DNA from: Lytechinus pictus
Lineage: Eukaryota
DNA: 64,000 nt
Direction of reading: 5' to 3'
Assembly: GCF_037042905.1 (NCBI RefSeq)
Contig: NC_087245.1
Coordinates: 41,542,001 to 41,606,000 of the forward strand
The translations under genes were made by a program, and so were the position numbers. Of the stretch, positions 26,674-39,200 are shown piece by piece. The notes under the pieces are model-generated. The model was not told the DNA's origin. It worked only from the letters and a program-made list of their open reading frames with translations, and did not search any database. Each line of letters opens with the position of its first letter. Positions within the stretch are counted from its first letter, which is position 1.

Positions 26674-27212
26674 AAAATGTAATATAAAATTGATAAATTT
26701 CATTTCTTTTATTGGTTTATGTTGACTAATCATCTTTTATTTCAGGAGCGGGTGTTGAAGAACATGTCTGTTGATAAACTGAAGGTAGAATAAAATCCAT
26801 TTCAATTTTTATTTTTATGAAAAAAGACATTTGACTGATTTTTTACTCCTACGAATCGTAGGAGTAAAAAATCGGTCAAATGTATAGCAGTAGTAGGCTA
26901 CGATATATTGGAGGCTGTTTGCATATGACGTCGCAAATCAAAAGATTGAAATCATAATATATTTTTATTCGTTTATGAATTTTCCTTAAACCTTCGTCAA
27001 TAATATTAGCTCTTTTTCTATCTATTTTTACAACAAACTTACATGGACTTCCCTTGCTTCTTTTCCGCAAGGCCCTATATTTGCTTTTCCGCCGCTCGCC
27101 CTCTTGTGTCAGAATCCGCTGTTGCTATCATCAACAAATTTTTCTTCCCGATTCCTGTCAATTCTTATGTCTAGTCTACGTTCGTTTTGCTGTTTATCTA
27201 GCATATGTTACG

Positions 27213-27237
27213 ATGGATGAAGTTCCAGAGTACGGAG
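27213..27237 (+). CDS. ZC2HC1A: ZC2HC1A coding exon 1 (MDEVPEYG)
   Basis: ATG at 27213 and strong donor G|GTAAGT at 27238. Phase 1 fits exon 2, and the surrounding sequence is CpG-enriched. Confidence 0.7.
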
Positions 27238-30200
27238 GTAAGTAGTCATATATAATCTTATCACAAGATTGTTGAGGTGATAAATAGGTATACATTTGAA
27301 CGCTGGTTTCTTATTCATTTTCGTCACATATATTTGAAATGAGTTTATCACGGTCCCACTAAGAGGGATTCGTGTACTGCCAAGTCGAGACGCTCCGCCG
27401 CTTTTCGAACTCGAATTTCGAAAGTAGGGGTGCGTTTATGCGCCACTTTTTTACCCTAGAATCATGATTCAAATCATGATTCTGTAGAATCACGATTCAA
27501 ATCATGATTCTGTTGAATCACGATTGCGTTTAGTCAAAAGTGAAAATAAATGTCTTTCAAAATCACAAACATGAAACACGGAAAAAGGGGCATTTGGAAA
27601 GACGTTTCTGTAGAATCACGAACCGAAAAGGTCGTATAAACGCAATCGTGATTTGAATCATGATTCTATGACGTCACTGTGTCGGGCTACTTTCGGTTTG
27701 ACTCTTGCCAATTCAAGGCGCGCGCTATATTGTATGTATGTGTAGGTATGTGTGAATACGGGCGCATCGCGAGCGCTGGTTTTGGCTGCACGGTTTTCGC
27801 GCGGGTTTTGCTGAAAGTGGCATCGCCTCTGTCTGGGCGGCTCATCGAAAATGGGGTTTCATGCGCATGCGCACATAGTTGATGCAATCTCGTGCCTTGA
27901 TACAGACAGTTGAAAACTTGCTCTTTCTGTACATATAAGTTTCAATGTGGATACTTGCCTGTGAAGTGTGGATATCGGAGCTTGAAAGTTCATCAAATTT
28001 TTGGATGCGCAAATGATCGAAATTTTTTTATTGTAAGTAGAACTACGATCCAATTATGTATCCTCACTGTTTGATAATATATTCAAATTGATAAAAAAAC
28101 TTAAATCAAAAGATTCTTTCGTGGAGCAGTCCAGATATAAGCGGCGCGAGCTACCCTTGTCACAGCCGGTCTCTCGGCAGTCGAGCTGCCCGATGCGGTG
28201 GGCTCCCGACGGTCTTTCGGCAGTCGAGCTACCGGTACCCGATGCGGAGGGCTTGGTGACGGGAGTGGTCGATAGTGAGTCGTTCATGCTGGATTGAACT
28301 GGATCTAAATTGTTCACTTGATAATATTGTGCCTTTTTCTGAAAATGTCTGTCATTATACCGTAGATTGTTATTCTGATATTGATTTAAATATATACATT
28401 TTGTCACAAAATCATTCTTTCCTCCTAAGGTTATAGAATCATATTTTATCATTTGGAAACTGGATTCTTTTGGAAGTGGAATATTAATGTTAATCTATAG
28501 TGTTTCTTTTTTTTCTTTTGTAGAAAAAAAATATTTTGAAACTTTTCAATCATGTTTCATTATTTTGAGACTGGATTTGCTTTTGAAAGGAGAATATCAT
28601 AAATGTTGACTTTTTAATTAAAATGCAAAAATTATGTTTATTTTTTAGTTTCTTTTTTTTTAATATATTTTTTTAAGTTTCTTTTTTAAATTATTGTATT
28701 GTTTATTTTTTTCATTTTTTTTTCATATTTCATTATTTGGAGACTGGATTTGCTTTTGAAAGGAGAATATCTTAAATGTTGATTTTTTTTATTAAAATGC
28801 ACGAACTAGATGTTGTTTATTTTATGTTGTAACTTTTTTCACTCTTGTAAGAAAATACATGAAAACTCAGAGGAAAGAATATTTCATTTCCAGATGGGTC
28901 TGAGTCCTGTATTTATGTTTATTATTAATTGTACTATTTATTTTTTTGTTCACTTTTCTTTTTTTAGGGGTGCAGGTGGGGGTTGTATTTTGAATTGGAA
29001 AATGGGGATGGGATTGGTACAAGTTTTTGTTTCTCTTGTTTTTAGTGCTTGTTTGGAGCTTTGATGTCTGTTTTGTTGTTGTTGTTTAAAGCTTTGTTAT
29101 ATATTTTTCCTGGTTGTTTTTTGCTTTGTTTTGAAAGAAATAGACCACTCTTTTCCTTTTCTTTTGGATTCGACTAATAATTTGAATTTATTTTTCTTTA
29201 AAAAGAGAGCTCAAACAGGTCTTTTGTAATACAATGTATGTATACAAATCTAAGAAATTGACAACTGATACAATATATTAAAACTTCATTTTCGTCCTTC
29301 TTGATACTTGAAATAAATTGCATACAATTCTACATACATATTTTACACTCAGCTGCTCATTCCTTCTAAAAATGTAATCACATGTCCATTGTCTCTCAAA
29401 TCAAAAGCTACATATTATAACAAATTGTTGAAACAATAGAATACATAAGGAATTGGTGAAACAATAAAATACATCAGAAAAAAGCACACATATTTTTATT
29501 TGGTCATACAAAGTACAAAATAATTTTTTTTCATATGTAAAAAAGGACCCCCGTACAAACACATATACAAAATTACAATACTAAGTTGAAAAAGAGCTTG
29601 TAATTTATATCAGAAAACAAAGAAATACATTAGAAATTACAAAAACAATACTTTAGACAAATTCATTAGGAAATTATCTACATGATGCTGTTTTGATGCC
29701 AACTAAATTATATGAATTATCTATCATAATCACCTTCATTTGGCAAAAAAAAAGAGGCAAGTAATTGTGATTTTCTGTTATTTGCATAATTAATTAGAAT
29801 TAATTAGAAGAAATTATTTTACACATAATAAGAAAAATTACTAGATGAATTGATACACATCAATTAAGCATTCTCTCACCTTTCCATTGATACCTAAATT
29901 ACTTCATAGGGCTCAAAAACAAAGAAGTTAGAGCCTGTTGAAGACTTGGGTTCAAAATGGTCACAAAAATGACAAAATGGTCACAAAAATCGATTCTGTA
30001 CTCCATTGACTTTACATTAAGACAATGACCACAAATTTGGATGAATATGTGCGACTTAAACTGGAATAACTTTATAATTTCTTTATGAAAACTAAAGTTC
30101 TTGGTATCATTTTAAAGGTCTTTTTAAGAGCTTTCAAGTGATACCAAATTTATTCATATTTGATGATTTTCATTTTTTTTGTCACATACCTAGTATGTGC

Positions 30201-33200
30201 TATGCATGCTATGCATTTCTTGTCATGTTCAAGTTCTGTGTTGGTCATCGCATCGTCCACTGCTTTTCATTTTTTGGTCATGTCTTCAAGTTCTCCTAAA
30301 TGAACTAACTGATCAGACAATGATCTCAGTTGTTGTTGAGTTAACAGTGTCAATATTAAATTGGATCTATGCTGAAATTCACTTCCGAAAACCATTTCGA
30401 TAAACCAACAAAATGAATAGAAGTAAACAAAATGAGATATAAAAATTAAGAGACTGAATTCTGAAGGCAAAAGATTCATTTTTCGCGAGCCGAAACGTGC
30501 AAAAAAGTTGACCTCTACTTCCTCTGTCAAACTGTGCACTAGTGATGCGCACTGGATCGGCCCGATTCCGAGGAGAAACAGCATTGGAATAAAGGCCGTC
30601 TAAACGCTGATTCTGTGATATTGTGATTCATGTTTGTGTTTTGAATCATGATTCAGATCATGATTCAAATCATGATTCTGGCTTGAGGTCGCATAAACGC
30701 AGCCAAAATCTAACAAGTTAGATCTATATCTAACTAGCCAGGAGGCTCCTAGAGAGTAAAAATCATTTACTGGCGTATGCTTACTCTCCATGGAGCCAGG
30801 GATTCCATCCCATTCATGTCCGTGTACTGCCCAAAAACCTGAAACTTCTTTAACAGTTAGTTTCGCCCCCGAGATTTCTGCTTCCCTTCTAAAAATAAAA
30901 GATCTAGCCTAGGCCTAGCCCTAAATAATGTAATTCGATACAACTTCATTTCCGACATTTCTACGATATCGATTTCATTTTCAAACAAGAATTCATTAAA
31001 AAAACAAGAAAAATGAAAAGACGGGGGAAACTTGCTCGATGTGTACGCCGCCATCTTGTTTCTCATTGTTCTTCGCCAACGTTATAGAAGCTTGCGAACT
31101 GCTCTTCTTTGGACACTTTCGAGTCTGTTTGTGTCCTTTTGCAGGTATGGATCTCATGATACTGCACCATACTTGAGAAGGGATCTTACGAGTGCAGTAT
31201 AGGCTATGTGTTTGACGTCGGCAGGGAAGAAGTGGAGATTCCTACGAAGGAGGGCTAAGACCCAGTTTGCCTTCTGGGTAGTCTTTGCAACATGCTTCTC
31301 CCACTTGAGGTCCTCTGAGATGGTAACTCTGAGGTAGCTTGTATCTTGGACATGCTGCAGGATATGGTCACCTAGTTGGTAGAAGAAGGATGACTTGCTG
31401 CCAATATTCATGATGTAACACTTCTTTGCATTGAAGCACATACACCATTTCTGTGCCCATGAATCCAACGCTGTGAGGTTGCTTTGAAGGATGTGGTGGT
31501 CTTGCTGCTTACTGATCTGACGATAGAGGAGGCAGTAATCTGCAAACAGTTTTACTTGTGACTTCACAGCGTCTGGCAGATCATTCACGTAGCAGAGGAA
31601 CATCAGGGGCCCGAGCACTGTCCCCTGCGGTATTCCTGATTTAGCTCTCTCCATCGACAACAACCCTCATGTGACGTTTGGTCAAAAAGTTCCTGAGCCA
31701 TGTGTGGGTAGAGCCAGCAATTCCAAAGGAAGCAAGTTTGTGTAGGAGTTTCTCATGGGGCACCTTATCGAAAGCCTTCGAGTAGTCCAGTACTATGTTG
31801 TCAGATTGCTTCCTTTCATCATTCGCTCTCAGTAGGTCATGGAGAGCAGTGATGAGCTGGGTTTCAGTCGAGAATCCTGACCTAAAACCATGGTTTAGGG
31901 AAGTTAGGATGTTGGTGTCTTCCATGTAATCGAGGAGGTGTTTGCAGATGATGTGTTCCAAGAGCTCTGGAACATTCCGTTTCCAAATCAAACAGTGTTC
32001 CTTGTTCTATCTAACATTAGGGTCTATTTACCTCAGCCCCAGATGATGGTTTGTGTACTAGTGGCTAGTGGCTGCAGCGACGCTTGCGAATGCGATGTCA
32101 CCATTCCAATTCATCAGTAGGCCTAGATTATATTTACAGTTACATGTAGGATGTGGAAGATATAAAAATGTGTTTACTAGGTAAATTGTGCAATATTTAC
32201 ATGAAAATTTGAATGGGTTTCCAATAACTCCAATCAAAATAAACTCGGGACAAATCTAAAAAATATCTCCATTTCCCCCTCTTTTATTTTAAAACCCTTT
32301 TCAAAAATGGGATGGGCTGAAAATCTCAGGACCTTGGTTTGGAGATCTCTGATATCCTATCCAATTACCATTTAATTTGTAAGATACTTCGTACATACTC
32401 AAAAGGCCCTTTTTAGAGAAAAATTAAAACATTACCAAGAGAGTTTGATAGCTGTTTAAAAGATAAAATTCAATTTTTTTACTAACAATAGAAAAAAAAA
32501 AAATCGAAGAACGCTTCACTTTTCTAAGATTGAAATGTTAATGATAATTCGCATTCTTCCCACTTTGCCAAAGCTTCTGACAGGTTTGAAGTTTTCTATT
32601 ATGTAGTCTAATTATGTTTATTGAAATTCTTGGTTTGTTTGAATTGCAGAAAATGATGAGAGTGACTTATTACCCTGTGGAACATGTGGAAGGACGTTCC
32701 TTCCTGATACACTGGTGAGTGATAGCATAATATTATTATTTATCAAATGACTAATGAATCAAGCTGTTTCAGATTTGTGGGAAAATAATCTTGGTTTTCA
32801 TTTGTTGAATATTTAGGATAGGATTATTAGGATGATATACAAATTTCTGAATTGATGGATTGTCTCAATTGAAAATACGGTATACCATCTTCAAAGACAA
32901 TAAAGAGCGACACTTTTACACAGTGATTTTCAATGAACCAAAATCTTTGCATCTGATTAGCTCAGAGCAAATTTGTTGATGAAATTAACACTATTTGTTT
33001 CAAGAAACATTCCTCAAAAGGCCCAGACGAAAGAACTTTTCGGTAAATCATCAATAAGTGTGTTAATCTTTGAATTACTTTTTTTCATGCATGTTTGAAT
33101 TTTTTCAGGCACGCCATACCAAGATCTGCCGCAAAGCTACAGTAAAAAAGAGGAAAGTCTTTAACTCGTCAAAGCAAAGGGCAGAAGGAACAGACATCGG

Positions 33201-36200
33201 ATCAGTCCCCAAAGCAAAGTCGCCCACTATTCCTCGGTCGGTAAGTATTTCACAATTAATTTGTTCAATTTTTTTTTAATGAAAATAATTTCAGACCATT
33301 CCATCGCCCATTAACCCCAAACCAATCACTTTTTTAATGATTGTCATCTTCTATTCACGATGTTGTTCTCACAAATTGTATGAGTTACTTGGCAATGACA
33401 TTGTCTCACAAAAAGTCACAAAGCATCAGCTATTAAAGCTGTTATGTTGCAAAATCTGTTCTCAAAATTGGCAAAAAAGGACAATACCCCCCCAAAAAAT
33501 AACCATCATACAATGTTGTGTCATAATCACTGTGTGTTTGTGAATAATGGTGCACAACATTCTGGAGGAAGGGAAGGAGGAGGGGAGTCTTTTAATCAGG
33601 GGGGGGGGGTGTCATGTAGTGGTTCAGTCATTTTACTTTTAAATCAAGGTTTAAGAGGGTTCAAATCCCACCCGATGCTAATGTCCTTTGGCAAGGTATT
33701 CATTCATTTTTGTCACTCTCCACCAAGGTGTTAAATGGCCATGGGTACCCAGTAGGATGCGAGAGTCAATGTGATTAGATTGGCATGTGCGCACCGATAA
33801 ACGGTTGCCTGGCCAGGATACTCCCCAGGGAGTGGAGATGATGCACTTTATGTGTGGACCAGTGATGGATCCTATGACCGGGGTAATAATAATTACAATT
33901 TACATGTAAAGCGCGTATAAACAAATGTATGAAGCACTATATAGAGGTAACTATTATTATCTTGCATTGTATTTCAATATGACATGCTTTTGAAATGATG
34001 GATATTCTTCTCATTTTGCCCTGGTCAAATTTTGTGAAATATTTCCAATCAAGTATTGAATGTTTTGACTACTATATTTAACCTTTTAAATTAAATGGTT
34101 TTATTTCAGAAAAAGAACAACTGGAGACAGAAACATGAGGACTTCATCGACGCCATGCAGTCAGCTAAGGGCGTGTCTAAAGCTATCAAGACAGGGGCAC
34201 CTTTACCGCCCCCTCCCTCTCAGAAGAGGATCAACCCAGGTAAGAATACTCACATCCAACATTTCATGGTTAGATAACTTATCAGGCCAAAAAAAAAAAA
34301 ATTTAGAGAGCTTTTTTACACAACGTACTGCCTAAGTCTGCATTATTGGATAAGCTTGAACATTGAAATGAACAGGGATTTTCCGGGGCTCGTTTTTGAG
34401 TTCCAGTGCTCTTTTGAGCATTTTAGGGGCAAAATTACCCCCAACCCGAGTGTGATTTTTTTAACTTGAACTTTAAATGCAGTACAACTCTCACAGTGTC
34501 AATGTGTATGCACAACTATATATACATAAATAAAATGGAAAACCCAAATTCTCACTAAAGGAAACCAAACACCCAAGAGGAGAAGCAATCTTATTTGAAA
34601 TAGTAAAATGAGAGGACCAATTTAAAAAAAGTTTTATCAAAATTGATTATGAAATAAGCAAGTTATGGACGTTTAAAAAGTCTTGTTGTACTTTCTATGG
34701 GCATCCTCAAATTGGCAAACGTGCTTCAGAATGGTTGATTTTGTTGACAAATCTCCATTTGTTTTGTACACAAATTTTCAGATTTCCCCCTTTATTTTAC
34801 ATATTTCACATCATGATTGATCTCCTCCTGACCTTGACATATGTGATGTGAATTATATTTTCAAATGACATATGTTGTGCTCAGAAGGAGGCAAGATGCA
34901 ATTTGAAAGATAATGAGGACAATCTGAAAATTTGTGTACAAAACAAATGGAGAGTTGTCCACAAAATCAGCCATTTTGAAGCACGTTTGACAATTTGAGG
35001 ATCCCCATAGAAAGTACAGCAAGACTTTTTAAGTGTCCATAACTTGCTTATTTCATAACCAATTTTGATGAAACGTTTTTTAAATTGTTCCTCTCATTTT
35101 ACTCTTTCCAATAAAACTGCTTCTCTTCTTGGGTTGTGGTTTCCTTTAATGATTCAAGCATAGACAAAGGGTAATTGTATTTACATCAACATGAAGTTAA
35201 GTTTTTTTCTGTTTGAAGTTCATAAGTAATGTCATGGATGGTCAAAGTGTATGTGTAGATGAGCAAGAAGAGTTGAAATTTCACTGTCAAAATCAATTTG
35301 CCCAGAAAATTTGACAATATAAGTTTATGAATCAAAACTTTGTGTATGAAAGTAATGGCTTGTTATTGTTAATTGAATGATAATGAATTACTGTTTCAGT
35401 TTGACATATTTGGCTTCCCATAACTTTAGCACAGCGCTTCTTCGGAATACGCGCCTAAAAGTTATTGCTTGATTTCCATTTTCTTCCATTATTTTGTAAC
35501 GTGTCACTTCAGATTATGTGCAATGTCCGACGTGTGAACGTCATTTCAGTGAGAATGCTGCAGAGAGACATATACCCTTTTGCAAGGAGAGAAACCGAAG
35601 AATTGATAAAAAGACACCCAACTCAGCAGATAAGAGCAAAGTTCAAGCACGAACTAAGGTAGGAAATTTAAATGTGTTGTGTATAAGCCGTGGATAAAAG
35701 AATATCTAGGCTGGTATTCAATTGAAAGGGATTGATTTTGCAAGTATTTTAGTTAGCATTTTACTTGGTTAAGCAAAATACTTAAAGTCGTATTTCAAGT
35801 CATTTACTTTATCAAGCCAAATTTTTCCAAAATACGTACTAATAACCACTATGACATCATGAAGTTTTAGCCAAATGGTGCACAATGTATTTATTCATCT
35901 GAGCGCAGAATGTAGGACTGCATGTATTACATTTGTAAAGTGCACGCAAGCCAGACTTAAAGTGATTGGTTAACATTGGTTTGACTTTAAAAAAATCTGA
36001 GCTAGAAGGTCACACTTGTTATCTGTGTCTGTGATATGTTACAAAAATGAAGCCCAGAAAAAATTGCGTTCGAAAATAATTATTTAGTGCTTCAAAAATT
36101 GAAATATAAAGTGACCGAAAACACCATCTTAATTTCATCCCATACACTTATGTGTACTATTTAGGCGTCTATAAGACACCTTTTTACAAAATCGGGGTTT

Positions 36201-39200
36201 GCCTTGTAGTTTTAGCTTTTCATTCTCAATAATGGTTGTTTTCAGGGTTTATTAGTTCTAATACATGCACTTGTACACATGTTTCATCTTGGTTTGAGAA
36301 TTTTTTAAATCGGCTGCTCACAAAGTTAAACAATACCTTTAAGCCTGGTAGGCGACTGACTTAGATTTAAGCAAAGTACTTAGCCAAAAAATCAAATTGA
36401 ATGCCAAAGATTATTAAGTATGTTAGTTACACAAAATACTGAGTAAAGTATTTCATATTCTGCCTCAAGTATTGGAATTGAAAACCGGCCTGAAAGCGTA
36501 CAGTACTTTTGGCAGATATGATGTAAGCATGCCTGGGAAGTAAGACTACCAATGGAGAGAGAGATCTTTAGATTACCTTCAGCAGCTTTGATTTCTCTTG
36601 ATATTTCTGGATCAATTTCAATAATTCAAATTGATGTTTGAATAAAGTGATTCTTTGACTAATAAAGTATATTACTTACTGTAGCTAAAAACCTCTTTAA
36701 ATCATTCATTTCTTTTCTGTCATATCCAGTTTGTGTACTAATTTAAATTTAATCCATATCAGGCCTCAATTTTCAATATTTTTTGGGCAAAGTCACTCCA
36801 CAATGGGACACAGGTTTAGTGTTGCACTATATAGATGAATTCATATTCAGATATTCAAATTTCATTGTCATTCTCAAAGTAATCATAAATGAACATTGGC
36901 ATAAAAATCATAGTGAATTAAAGTGATATTAATTTGTTACGGTGGACTCCTGTCCTATTTTCTCCATTTTCGTTTGAATTTGGACAGTACAAACCTCCGC
37001 TACCTGGCAGTAAGAAGAAGACTCCTTCTCCTGCTGTGGCTAGACAACCCCAGAGTAGAGTATCTACTAGAGCAGGCTCGGACAGGGATATGAATGACCT
37101 GGAGAATAGGATGAACGGCAGCATGAAGATTGGCAACAGGACATCAGTTAGAAACAAACCAAGTATGGGCAATTATTAGATTCATGTATTTTCCTAGTGT
37201 GAAATGATGGTGGTGGTGATGATGATGATGATGATGGTGGTGATGATGGAGATGATGATGGTGGTGACGATGATGCATAGTTACAATGATGGTGGTGATG
37301 AATATATATGATAATGATACTGATGATGATGATGTTGATGATGATGATGGTGATAATGGAGATGATGATTTTGATGATGGTGATGTTGTTGATGATAATG
37401 ATGATGATGGTGATGATGATGTTGGTGATGATGATGATGCATATTTATAATGATGGTGGTGATGAATATATATGATGATGATCGATGGTGATGATGACGA
37501 TCGATGGTGATGGTGATGATGGTAATGATGAAAATGATGATGACATTGGTTAAATGATGGTGATGATGATGGTGGTGATGATGGTGGTGATGATGATGAT
37601 GATGATGATGACATTGGTTAAATGATGATGATGATGGTGGTGGTGATGATGGTGGTGATGATGATGATGATGATGATGGTGATGATGGTGATGATGGTGA
37701 TGATGATGCTGATGATGATGATTCATAATTATAATGATGATGGTGATGAATATATATGATGATGATACTGATGATGGTGATGTTGATGATGGGGATGATG
37801 GTGATGATGATGATGTGCATGATGATGATGTGCATAATGATAGTTATGGTGGTATTGACAATGGTGGTAATAGTGGTGGTTATGATGATGAGGATGATGA
37901 TGATTGTGGTGATAGTGATGATGGTGATAGTAGTTGTGGTGGTGATGAAAATGATAGTGATGGTGTCTTGAAGTACTTTAAGTAATTGGAAAGTTAAACA
38001 TGAGATTCAGATTTGTCATTCTTTATCATTCTTTACATATTCTTTTTCTTTTTAAGTGATGGGATCAAAAGCAAGAAGTTCAAGTCTTGAGCGTCCATCA
38101 ACAAAATCCACTGCTTCATCTCACAGGAGTTCCAGTGGAGATTCAATTAGGGGGAGAAGGTAAGAAAACAGGTCTTTGAACTTATTCCAGAAAACAAAAC
38201 TCACTGTAACTTCATACCATCGAATCCTGACAGCCAGCAATAGGAAACAGATTACCGGACTGAGAAACTTAGGAACATTCTTATGCTTCCAATTTGATAC
38301 AAATAGGAAACACACAGGTTAAAACTGCAGTTTCTGTCCCCCTAATAGGAATATTCCTGTAAAGAACAGTTGGCAGACATAATTTTAACCATTATGGTCA
38401 CTATTTTTAATATATTTTTTTGTAAACAAGTGCACCCATAATTAACAAAAATGTGTATAGCTTTTTTGTCTCGCCTGCATAGCAGAGCGAGACTATAGGT
38501 GCCGCTTTTCCGACGGCGAGATGTGTCAACATTAAAATCTTAACCAAGGTTAAATTTTTGAAATGTCATCATAACTTAGAAAGTATATGGACCTAGTTCA
38601 TGAAACTTGGACATAAGGGTAATCAAGTATTACTAAACATCCTGCCTGAGTTTCAGGTCACATGACCAAGGTCAAGGGTCATTTCGGGTCAATCAAGGTT
38701 AAGTTTTTGAAATGTCGTGATAACTTCTAAAGTATATGGACCTAGTTCATGAAACTAGGACATAAGGGTGATAGTGTATCACTGAAGATCCTGCCTGATT
38801 TTCAGGTCACATGACCAAGGTCAATGGTCACTTGGGGTCAACAAATTTTGACCATGTTTGGGGTATTTGTGGAATTGTCATCATAATTTTGACATTCTAT
38901 GGATCTAGTTCATGAAACTTAGACATAAGAGCAATTAAGTATCCCTGAACATCCTGTGCGAGTTTTAGGTCACATGACCTTGGTCAAAGGTCATTTAGGG
39001 TCAACAAACGTTGATAATGTTGGGGTATTGGAGGAATTGTCATCATAACTTTAAAAGTTTATAGATCTATTTCATGAAACTTGGGACATAAGAGTAACCA
39101 TGTATCCCTGAATATCTTGTGCTTGTTTCTGGTCACATTACCAAAATCAAAGGTCATTTAGGGTCAATGAACTTTGGCCGTGTTGGGAGTATTTGTTGAA

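Noticed and set aside
26918..26935. Octamer/CRE-like promoter motifs upstream of ZC2HC1A
   Set aside because: They lie in sequence resembling a decayed Kolobok-type MITE arm, so they are not claimed as regulatory.
28054..28452. 132-aa ORF inside the putative Harbinger-like element
   Set aside because: No recognisable transposase or Myb/SANT motifs.
31154..31991. Reverse transcriptase as a functional gene or retron-like system
   Set aside because: Truncated, frameshifted and catalytic motif mutated (FADY); an ordinary dead LINE.
33606..33680. tRNA gene
   Set aside because: Degenerate cloverleaf continuing into a shared SINE body; a SINE head.
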